A DNA stretch of 64,000 nt, taken from Candidatus Woesearchaeota archaeon (lineage in GTDB: Archaea; Nanobdellota; Nanobdellia; Woesearchaeales; JAZDKJ01). The notes beneath the pieces are model-generated. The model was not told where the DNA came from. It did not search any database and saw only the letters and a list, made by a program, of their open reading frames with translations. Positions 1 to 10,100 of the stretch are shown piece by piece; the stretch's first letter is position 1, and each line of letters opens with the position of its first letter. The stretch is taken from the NCBI GenBank assembly GCA_043803105.1, contig JAZDKJ010000012.1, positions 1 to 64,000 on the forward strand, read 5' to 3'. Position numbers and translations under genes: made by a program.

Positions 1-1839
1 GGCATAAGAAAAAAGACTGGTGAATTTATTATACATAATATTAGTAACCACGACGCATTGTATTATTGTACCAGCTCATTCAATTGGACTACAAACCTTG
101 ACCTCTATGATAATTACACCTGTAAGTCTGCAGGTTTTTTCCCGACAGGCCACTACTGCTGTAGCGAGGATGATGACAAAGAAGAGTTCTACAACGACAA
201 GGGAGGCCTCGGTGCATGCTTTAACAAGACCTTCATCCCTAACTCTGATGTTGATGCAGCCTTTCCGCCAACTCTTAAGGCCCACCAATACTCTGAGCTT
301 TTTGTTTTTAATGGCACTCTGCAAGGTTGTGCAATAAAGGAAAAATTTGCTGGCGCAAGTCCTTCTTTCTACAACAAAGATCCTAACAAACCTTACAATG
401 GTTCATTTGGAAGGAAATCAAATGATTGGCTTTTGGACCTAAAGAACTTCCCTGACTCTAAGTCAAGCAAGAACAACGTTGCTTCTAAGCCTGCCCTGGT
501 CTTTGACAACAACTATTGCTCCACTGTTGGCCCTCCAAGCTCTCCGAAAAAGTATTTCTGTTCTTATCTTGAGAAATGGGTTGATGGCAATGGCAAAAAC
601 AGGACTCACTTGAGTTACATCAACTGGACTGCCGATAGCCAGACTATGCAGCGTGCAGAGTGTTGTGAGCCGAAGCAATGCTGGAACGGTACGCTTTGCG
701 TTGACACCTTCAACGACGCTGCCAAGCCTTCAATTTCGAGGGACAATAAGCTTTTCAGGTGCATCCACGGCTCATGGGATACTCCGCCAGTCAAGTATAG
801 TTGGAACAAAAAGTATTCTGGTTTCTGCCCTGCAAAAACCCAGTGTCTTGTTGATCCCAAGGGTGTCTCTGCCAACAACGGCCTTCCCCAAAAGTATGTC
901 TCTGACAGTTCTCATCAAAGCAATCCTCAATGCATAAACAATTCCCAATTTATCAGCGATTTTTATTGTGATAATGGCAATTGGACTACAAGGACAAAGT
1001 TTTTGGCCTCACAGCTTCTAGGCTTTGCCGGCAGTGATTTTACTCTGCATTGCGGTTCATACTATTTGGCCTTGAACAAGTATGATTATACCTTGCATCC
1101 TGACGGCACATACACTCACCCTAGGCAGGATTGTCGTGATCTTGGCACTGATGAAGCAATTATCTACCAGGTCTATTTTGGCAAGCTCCAAAAGCCTGGC
1201 TGTGTAACTAACTGCACTGGCAATTGCACTGCAAACTTTTGTGTTCTAAACTCGAATGGCAAGACTCTGGTAGGTGCAGTCCTCAATCAGCAGGTTGATT
1301 CTCAATATTATCCCTTTACTGACCTGCTTGGAAATTCCATTTCCTGTCCCAATCATGCGCTTGACGGTAATTATCATTCCTGTAGCACTAACAGGGTTTG
1401 GTACAATGCAAAGTACCAGACTGTGATATTTTCCAATTCTGAATTCAACCTTGGTGGCAGCTTGTTCCAGCAGTTGCAGTCTTGGATTAATTCCCTCATC
1501 ACTTATCTTTCAGGCAAAGGGACTCTTGACAGATATCCATTTATCACAGCAAATCCCAAGCTGCAGAATGTCTATTATGATAAGCATGGCTCGCGTGAGG
1601 TCTTCGCCCTGCTTGAAAATGATGTCTTTGTTGAAGGCCAGCCAAACCAATATATATCTCTTACCTATCAGGGCTTCAACACCAATATTTGCGATGCATT
1701 CAACGTTTCATATTATCCGCAGCAAGAAAACAGATATTCTTGTGAAAAGGTGGGAAATAACTACAGGCTTGTCGCAGAGACAGGAAGTCGTGTCTTTGAA
1801 GTCTGGCAGGACTTCACCTCTAAGCAGAGGGTCAGATAA
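1..1839 (+). CDS. Large Cys-rich secreted/surface protein, 5'-truncated by the window edge
   Basis: Frame is open from base 1 (no stop before the track start at 58); many CC and CxxC motifs; co-oriented with the downstream surface locus. Confidence 0.75.
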   Translation, partial: GIRKKTGEFIIHNISNHDALYYCTSSFNWTTNLDLYDNYTCKSAGFFPTGHYCCSEDDDKEEFYNDKGGLGACFNKTFIPNSDVDAAFPPTLKAHQYSELFVFNGTLQGCAIKEKFAGASPSFYNKDPNKPYNGSFGRKSNDWLLDLKNFPDSKSSKNNVASKPALVFDNNYCSTVGPPSSPKKYFCSYLEKWVDGNGKNRTHLSYINWTADSQTMQRAECCEPKQCWNGTLCVDTFNDAAKPSISRDNKLFRCIHGSWDTPPVKYSWNKKYSGFCPAKTQCLVDPKGVSANNGLPQKYVSDSSHQSNPQCINNSQFISDFYCDNGNWTTRTKFLASQLLGFAGSDFTLHCGSYYLALNKYDYTLHPDGTYTHPRQDCRDLGTDEAIIYQVYFGKLQKPGCVTNCTGNCTANFCVLNSNGKTLVGAVLNQQVDSQYYPFTDLLGNSISCPNHALDGNYHSCSTNRVWYNAKYQTVIFSNSEFNLGGSLFQQLQSWINSLITYLSGKGTLDRYPFITANPKLQNVYYDKHGSREVFALLENDVFVEGQPNQYISLTYQGFNTNICDAFNVSYYPQQENRYSCEKVGNNYRLVAETGSRVFEVWQDFTSKQRVR

Positions 1840-1867
1840 GATTATTTTCTGCAAAAAAAGGGTTAGC

Positions 1868-4084
1868 ATGAGAAAGTCTCAGATAACGATGTTCATGATT
1901 ATGGGCATCATGCTGATTTCTGCCTTTGCACTGATTTTTTATATGACCAAGATTAGGGTTGAGTCAAAGACTGCTCCTGCTGTGGAAAAGATTAGTGAAG
2001 CCATTTCTCGTGATACTGCCATTAAATACTATGTGATTAGCTGTCTTGACTCTTATACTAAGAAGGGTCTTTGGCTTCTGGCAAATCAGTCAGGCTTCCT
2101 CTATGATGATCAAGCACCCATCTACAGCCAGAACACCCTCGCTTTTTGGTCTTCCACTGTGGGAAAGCATGTGGTGCCTTTTTTTCTTGACGGAACCCTG
2201 ATGACAAGGTATGGCATTTATGCCCCTAAGCTTTCAGATACTTCTTTCCTTGACAAGCCCGCTCCTTTCTATCCTTATCCTGGTAGCCTTGTTCCATTTC
2301 CTTCATCTACCAATGCGTTTGGCAACCTCAACCCTGCCGATCTTAGGCCTTCAAGGCTTCCCCCGCTCTGTTACAGCAATGGCTCTAACTTTTATCGCTT
2401 TGCTGGGTTTGGTTTCAGTTGTGACAAAAACCTTTACACCCCGTATGCGCCGCTCTCTGTCCAATATTTTCTTGAGCAATACATTGCGAACAAGACCAGA
2501 TCTTGTGTTAACCTCTCCATGATGTCAGCCAGAGGCTATAATGTCACCGAAGCGCCTGGATTGAACGCCACTGTCATGTTTGGTGAGGACACTGTTGCAG
2601 TTTCCCTCAACTTTCCGCTGCTTATCAATACCCGCGGCCAAGAGCCTTTTACAAAGGTTCTTACCTTTACCTCTGAACAGCCTGTCCGCTTCAAGAAGAT
2701 TTATGAGCTTGCCTATTACATGATCAAAGAGGACATTCGCAATATTTTTTTTGATTTCAGCAATGAAAGCGCTGCCCTCTGGCTCGTTGACTTATGCCCT
2801 GCTTTTGATGAGATCTCTCAAAGCCGTGACAAGTACAACACCAGCTGCCTTTATCCAGGCATGAGCATAATCCATTATAGGGATGTATGCCCATATCAGG
2901 TTTGTGGTCTCTGGAATTACTCAGATGTTGTTGTAATAAAGGATTATGCTTCTGTATTGGACACCAAGCCATATTTTTTTGCCTTTGCTGTTGAGAACAG
3001 GATTCCTGCCCTTGATAATATTGATGAGTCAGTAAATTCCAGCTATGAATATTATTGGTTTGTTAATACCACTTGTGGGCTTAATCTTACAAGGATATAC
3101 CGCAATACATCAAATCCTGCAGATGACAACTACAACATAGTGGTTGATGTTGGTGATACAATAAGGTTAATTCCTAGGGCAATAGACCCTGACGAAGACA
3201 AACTGACTTACAAATATTCTGGCTGGAAGACTCCTGTGCAGATTTATAATGGTTCCAACGAGTACGTTTATTGGGTAAAATTTTCTGGCGGACCAGAATT
3301 ACCTTTCTATGCTTATAAAACGAGCGGCAAACAGTTGCCCGGGTCAGTAGACTCACGTAATTATTGGGAAGATTCATCGTGGTTTAGCACAGATGGCTGC
3401 AAGAATGATGGCAATAACCTTGGAAAGGATGCTAATTATCCACCTCTGTTGTCAGGGGGCAAGCTCCAGCCTGAAGACGTTGGCTATCACTGGGTCAGGG
3501 TCGATGTCACAGACAATGCAGGACTAAGCGACTGGCAGGACATAAAGATTCAGGTAAGGTGCAAGCCAGATGGCAACAAGTGCTGTGATGAAGGTGCAGA
3601 CTACCATATTAGGCCTTCTACTAGTACCTGTGGAATCTGCATGACATGCAATTCTGAGGGTGCGTGTGTTTATGACAATACCAAGAATGATGATTGTCCC
3701 AAGTGCCAAAAGTGCTCAAAGAATTTAGTGTCTGGCAAGGGAGAATGCGTGCCCGAAACAGGAACTAATACTAATCAAAAATGTGGCGCTGGCTCTGCTG
3801 ACTATGAATGCTGTTTAGGTAACTGCCTGAAACGTGCTGATACAGCCCCGCCATGGATATTGTATCGGCAGAGCTGTTGGGAGTGCTATAATACTGATGG
3901 CCAATGCAAGCCCAATGCGCAAAACTGGGAGTACCCGGTTAGTCATAATGGTGACTTTTGTGCAGCGCGTGCCGGACACTGCTACAATGGCTATTGCCGG
4001 GACTCGTTAAATCAATGTTACGCAGGTTCTGAAAAAGGTGCTGACTGTGGTACAGTCCCTTCTTCAGTAGCAACATGCCCTTAA
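1868..4084 (+). CDS. Pilin-like (class III signal) large surface protein with Cys-rich C-terminus
   Basis: Likely start MRKSQ-ITMFMIMGIMLISAFALIF; the track start at 1451 overlaps the previous gene; N-terminal part resembles 46919..47839. Confidence 0.75.
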   Translation: MRKSQITMFMIMGIMLISAFALIFYMTKIRVESKTAPAVEKISEAISRDTAIKYYVISCLDSYTKKGLWLLANQSGFLYDDQAPIYSQNTLAFWSSTVGKHVVPFFLDGTLMTRYGIYAPKLSDTSFLDKPAPFYPYPGSLVPFPSSTNAFGNLNPADLRPSRLPPLCYSNGSNFYRFAGFGFSCDKNLYTPYAPLSVQYFLEQYIANKTRSCVNLSMMSARGYNVTEAPGLNATVMFGEDTVAVSLNFPLLINTRGQEPFTKVLTFTSEQPVRFKKIYELAYYMIKEDIRNIFFDFSNESAALWLVDLCPAFDEISQSRDKYNTSCLYPGMSIIHYRDVCPYQVCGLWNYSDVVVIKDYASVLDTKPYFFAFAVENRIPALDNIDESVNSSYEYYWFVNTTCGLNLTRIYRNTSNPADDNYNIVVDVGDTIRLIPRAIDPDEDKLTYKYSGWKTPVQIYNGSNEYVYWVKFSGGPELPFYAYKTSGKQLPGSVDSRNYWEDSSWFSTDGCKNDGNNLGKDANYPPLLSGGKLQPEDVGYHWVRVDVTDNAGLSDWQDIKIQVRCKPDGNKCCDEGADYHIRPSTSTCGICMTCNSEGACVYDNTKNDDCPKCQKCSKNLVSGKGECVPETGTNTNQKCGAGSADYECCLGNCLKRADTAPPWILYRQSCWECYNTDGQCKPNAQNWEYPVSHNGDFCAARAGHCYNGYCRDSLNQCYAGSEKGADCGTVPSSVATCP

Positions 4085-4176
4085 CCCTGACCAGGCCATC
4101 GTCGCTGAAAACCACAACATTTTTAAAGAACCTTTGCGGAAAACTCATGCAGGGTGAATTGTAGAAAAAAGAGCGT

Positions 4177-7100
4177 GTGCTGATGACAAATCTCAAGCTT
4201 TTCTTATTCCTTTTGCTCGCAATCTTCTCACTGATTCCCCTATCTGAAGCTGCAGGCTGCTGCGCCCACATTGACTTCTTTAATCAAGGTGATTATTGCG
4301 TTCCAAACGCGTTGACTATGGATCAATGCTGTCCAAGTGCAGGTGTCAGGTATGATTCTGCAAACCCTTATCTTCCTGACAGTAGGCAAGAATGCCAGAA
4401 CAAATTTTGGTTTCCTTCCTGTAGTAGTTCAATTGGCAGCAAATGTTATCTGGGTTGTTGCTATGACCCTATCACAGGTTGCATCGGTACAACTAACGAC
4501 ACCTGTCTTGGTTATTTCATGGCCCAAAAGTTTGTCTCAGGTTTTCCGGTGGACCAAAGGCGTTCTGACGGCAATCCTTGTTACAGTCGCACAGGCGTTG
4601 CAGCTTTGGCCGAGTGTACCCAAGACAGTACCACCTCATGTTCTGATTATAACTCAAACCAACAAACCTGCTCTTTCAAGGGATGTTTCTGGTGCCAGAC
4701 CGCAACAGATAAGTGTATTGCTAACTGCAATGCATGCCCTTCCAGGCAGCAGGACAACAACAATGACCACATTTGTGACAGCCAAGCTTCTGACAATTGT
4801 GCGGATGCACTGCGCCAGAACCAGGCTGATTGTATCTCAGGCCAGACTATGTGCAAATGGTGTCCTGCCTTGAATCAATGCATGTTCAATTGTGATGCCT
4901 GCGCAGGCAAGCCCTTTGACACAAATCCTACTGACAAGGTCTGTGACAGCGGCCTAAATCCTCAGTGTGCTGATTCTGAGGATAATGACAATGATGGTTT
5001 TACCAATACTGCAGATTTTTGCTGCAAGGATTCCACAGACATTGCTGAGGATAATAATTGCCGCTGCGAAGAGAAGGGTTTCTGTTGCCCTTTGGGCACC
5101 TTGCAGTGTGATCATCCTGTTGTGCAGCAGTATGACCATTCTTCCTGTGCTACACAGTGTTGCACTGAGCCTTGCAAGACAATTCCTGTCTGCTCTGATA
5201 GTCAGATAAAGTTCAGTTCTTCCAAGCTAGCTAACTTCTGCAAGTGCAATAACCAACCACAGAACATGACAAATCCTGGTGTCATGGACAAGTTTTGCTG
5301 CGCTGGTTTCATGCGCGACGAGCCTTGTACCTTTACCAATTTTCATGGTTCTGTCAAGGACAATGAGCAAATCCTTGTTCTTGAGCCTGTCTCAATCTCA
5401 CTTGCTGGGCCTTCCAGTTACACCTTTGCTTCTTACTCCGGGACATTCTCCCATGATGTTCAGCCTGGAACATACACACTTACAGCTTCTCTTGCTGGCT
5501 ACGAAACCTTTACAACACAGATTTCCATTTCTGGTCAGGAAAAGGTCTACAATATTGTCTTGAACAAGATAGTGAGGCTCTGCAATCTTGATTGGCCACC
5601 AATTGCTTTGAAGACTTATGATGTTAAATGCAAGAAGCAGGTCTTGGTGAACTGGACTTTTGCCTGCCAAGCAAAGGTAATCTCTTGGACTTTATATCGT
5701 GGCAATGTTGTCATCAAGGATAATATAGACAAGTCTGTTCTAAAGTTTCTTGACGATACTGTTTCTTGGGAGTCATCATATGATTATCATGTGGTTGCAA
5801 ATATGGTAAATGGGCAGAATACAAGCAATACAGTGCAGATTGCTACTGGTTCTCCTGATTGCGAGAACATCTGTGATGGCCAGCATTTCTGCCAAGGCAC
5901 CCCTGGCTCGATTGTTTCATGTTCTGCCAAGAACAGGCTTGTCCTTGTTGAGGAGTGCGATGCCTCGCAGACTTGCTCTATCGATAGGTTTGGTTCTCCG
6001 TATTGTCGTTCACCTGATGACTGTGCATCAACAGGCCTCCCATTTCCGAACACTTTTGGGATGTTTGGCACGTTTGACAACAATATAAAACATTCTTGTT
6101 TGACAGATTCAGAAGGCAATGTAAGGTCTTGCTACTTTGACTCCTCCCTGACTATCGCTGACCAATGCAAGGATTGTCTTCCCGAAACATTCTGTTACGA
6201 TTACCAGTCCGAGTCTGCCTGTAGTGATGATAATTGCGTTTCTGTTAAGGGCTCTAAACGATATACATGCGCCTGGTTCCCTAACATGCCTGATAGTTTG
6301 AAGTCTGGTTTCGGAGAGCTTGGCAAAGGCATATGCTACGCACCAGGATATAACGGCACTGAATATTGCAGCAGGTGCAGCTCTTCAAGTTCCCTTTTTT
6401 ACAACACTCATTGCACACCCCAAGTGTGTGACCTCTTGGGTGCATGCTTTTCAAAGAAAGGCTCATGCCAAGCTTGCAAGGTCATGCCTACTGAGGAATA
6501 TTCGTCAAACCAGATTACCAAGTGCTCTGATTTTGTTGATGAAAAGAGTTGCGTTCAAAGTAACAGTGCTGGCGCATCCCAACCTTTCCACATTAATCGT
6601 TGTGCTAATTCCCTTAGTGGTGAAAGCTTTGTTTTGAGCAGGGATGCCTGCTCTCTGGGTGTTTGTAAATGGAAGTCTGGCAAGTGCATTAAGGACGCTA
6701 ATGACGACGAAATTGATGATTGTTCAAAACTTGGTGTCAATTGCCAGAAGGACTCCATGCCTCCTAAGACCACAATCACAAAGCCTCAAAAAGTCAACCA
6801 TGATGGAGCTGTTGTTGCCTTTTCTGTCTCAGATTATGGTTGGGGCTCTGTCCCCACCAACAGTTTTGACACTTATTATTGCCTCGACCTGGCAAATTCT
6901 TGCTGCCCGCTTTCCAAACTTGGCTCTTCAGCTCTTACCTTAAGCGGAGACGGCACCATCCCTGCCCTTGTTGGAGTCACCGGTCATGTCTTCCTAAGGT
7001 TCTTCTCTCTGGACGGATACAACAACACCGAGGTCATTAGAAGCGAAACCATTGATGTTGATACTCTGCGGCCTTCTTTTGTTATTGGTATTAATATTTC

Positions 7101-10100
7101 CAACTCATCTAATGATGAGGACACCTCAATTCTGGCCTTAACAATTAATGCAAGCGAGCCTGTTCATAGTTGCAAGGATCAGCTCCTTAAGGTTGCTGAT
7201 AATTCAGCACAATCGCTTGTCTCTGATGGGATAATTGCTGACACAGTTTTGAAGCCCATATACACTGACCTCGATGATGGCCTTTACTTTTATTCAATCA
7301 ACTGCACTGACTCAGCAAATAACTTCAATAAAACTTCAAATTTAATCAAGATTGATCGCGTTCACAGGATTTTCAATGAGAGCCCTCTCGAAGGCAGGTT
7401 TGCGCCTTCTGACATAATTAAGCTCAGTTTCAAGACCTTTGGTGAGCGCCTCGACTGTTTTTATGAGCGAAGGCAGCCGACTCAAGGCCAAAGGACCTTG
7501 GTTAGCCCAACTCCCAGTGGTAATGACTACAAGTATGAGGTACCATTCGGCACCCTGCCCTCAGGGTTCTACAGTTATGTGATAGAGTGCGAATTGGACC
7601 ACAAGAAGGTTGACTCGTCCACCATACTTTTTGTGGTGGATGGTCTTGCCCCCAATACCTCGATTTCTTTTGAGGATTATGACAATCACTTTTCTGCCTT
7701 TAGAGCTGATTCCCTTTACAGTAGGTTGAAGGTGAAATTTGTCTGCGATGATTCAAGCTCCTTGATTGGTTCTTCTCCAGGCTCATTTGGTTGTGCACAT
7801 ACGTCCTATTGTGCCGATGCTGTAAATTCCTGCTCGCCAGCTCCAGGCCCTCAAGATGGTATTGTTGACCTTTCAGGCCAGTCAGAGAATTTCTTCTTAA
7901 GGTATTTCTCAACTGATATCGGGGGCAATGTTGAACAATTGCGCTCAATCTTGGTTCGAGTTGACAAGGCAGCCCCCATACTTGAAATCTTTGTGCCAAA
8001 GCCAGGAGCTGTGGTAGGTGATCAAATGCTTAACGTGCAAGGCTCATGGGACGATTTTGCAGATGCTGCTTTTGTGACCCTTGCCTGGACTTCAGGCGTT
8101 GATGCTAATTTCACCTCTTTCTCCGCTTCCCATGATTTCTCCAAACAGATAAGGCTTTTTCCTGGGGAGAACAAGCTTTCGTACAGGGCTGAGGATCATG
8201 GAGTCATTGGTAACCCCAACATTGGTTCCTGGCAGTCCTTATTTGTGTATTATGATACCCTTGGACCTGATTTCTCTGAAGTTGCTATCACAAATCATCT
8301 TGGCGAGCAGATTAGTTTCGGCAGTGTTGCTTTCTATGGCCGCGACATTAATTTTTCTGCCAAGATTGTTGATTCCAAATGGACAAATAATATTACAAAG
8401 GCCAACCTTTCTATTGAATGCTTGAACCAGTCTGCCTGCAGCTCTTATAGAAGGTTTTTCTTGATGGTTGGAAACGGTACGCGTTTCCGTTACACCCTTA
8501 AGCCTCGTCTGTCCGGTATCTTGAGGCCTGGTCCCTACCAGGCTAATATTGTTGCTTTCGACAGCTTAGGCAATTCCAATTCTTTCTCATCAAATTTTTC
8601 TGTTTCAGGTAGCACTGACCTCTCTGCAATCATACTAAATCATCAAGGTGAACGCATCGATGACAGCTCCCACTCTGCTGATTACGGAAGGTCCATTAGT
8701 TTCATTGTTGAGTCCTCAACATTTGAGATTCTCTCCTCAGTACAGGCTGTGCTCAGATGCACCACTCCTTCGCTTTGCGGCTCAAATCCTCTTCTCTCAA
8801 CTGTTGACCTAATCCGCTCCAACAGAGCTTACAACTATACCCTGTTGCCAGCCCCTCCAGGCCGGATACTTACCCCTGGCATTTATGAAGTGATATTTTT
8901 GGCTCGCGATTCTTTTGGCAAAAGAGATTCTTTGACTTTGTACTTTACAGTCAACGACAGCTCTGAGGTCTCTGCATTTGCTTATAATGATCTGTTTGAG
9001 CGGCTTGACGACAGTAGTCATTCTGCACGCTATGGCAAGAGGCTATATTTCAATCTAACAGTGAACTCGCCTGAATTAGTTTCATCTGTCCAGGCCACTA
9101 TTGCCTGCGTTAACCGGTCTCTTTGCGGTAATTATCTGGAGAACATTCCATTGGAAAGAAAAGGCAATTCTTTCTTTGCTGTTTTTGTCCCTGCAAGGGA
9201 TGGATCAGGCATATTTAGGCCAGACCTCGGGCTTCATAACCTGCTTTTCACTCTCAAGGATAACTTTGGTCTGTATCGTACACTTTTGAAGAATTTTACT
9301 GTTGCAGATTCTTCAGAGCCTTCAATAAACATCACTGTCGTGACACAGACCTTTAACAGTGTTTCTGGCTTGCCAAAGGTGGGTGTGGGCAAGGGCTCTT
9401 GCAAGTGGTATAGTGTTGTTGTTCAGGCAGATAAACCGATAAAGGTTAATTCTTTGAAAGCTGAAGTTTTTAACTTTGATTCTGATAAGCCTCCGCTAAT
9501 CGACTTCAATAACTTGCCCAGGCCAATCCTGTCTTTCGGCAACTCAACCTGGACTTACAGGCTTTGCCTGCCATATGAGAGCAGGTATTTTAGGTCGCTT
9601 CATGGCAATAACACAAAGTTCTTGATGGATACAGAGGACTTTCATCATATTCATACCGCAGCTATTCTTCATGGCAAATTCTTTGAAATTGATACATTTG
9701 GCGGGAATGCGCCTAAGTTTTTTCCGAACATTCCCCAAACACTTTACACCAAGCAGAACATGCTTGTTCTGACAGGCATGCTCGATCCTGCTGAACCAAT
9801 TTCAGTGTTCCTAAATATTTCAGGTGCAATCCACGCAACTCAGGCTGCCGGGTTTTCCACAGTTCTGGGCGTTGAAGAGGTTGTTGCCTCTGAAGGCAAT
9901 CATGTCGAAATTGCCGGCAACAAGCAAAACTTGTTTGCGAAGGGCCTTTTTGTCAGGTTCGAGAATCATAATAAGACAGACATAACTAATTATCAGATTG
10001 TTGATTCTGTATTCCAGCTGAGCACACAAACAACAACACTAAGCCTTGATTCAGCTCCGGCTGCTGTCCCTGGTGAGATTATTTATCTGACTGATGCATC

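Noticed and set aside
1451-1867. Long N-terminal extensions in the ORF track (also at 11643, 17747, 24879, 47715)
   Set aside because: They overlap upstream genes; downstream starts give proper signal peptides and typical gene junctions
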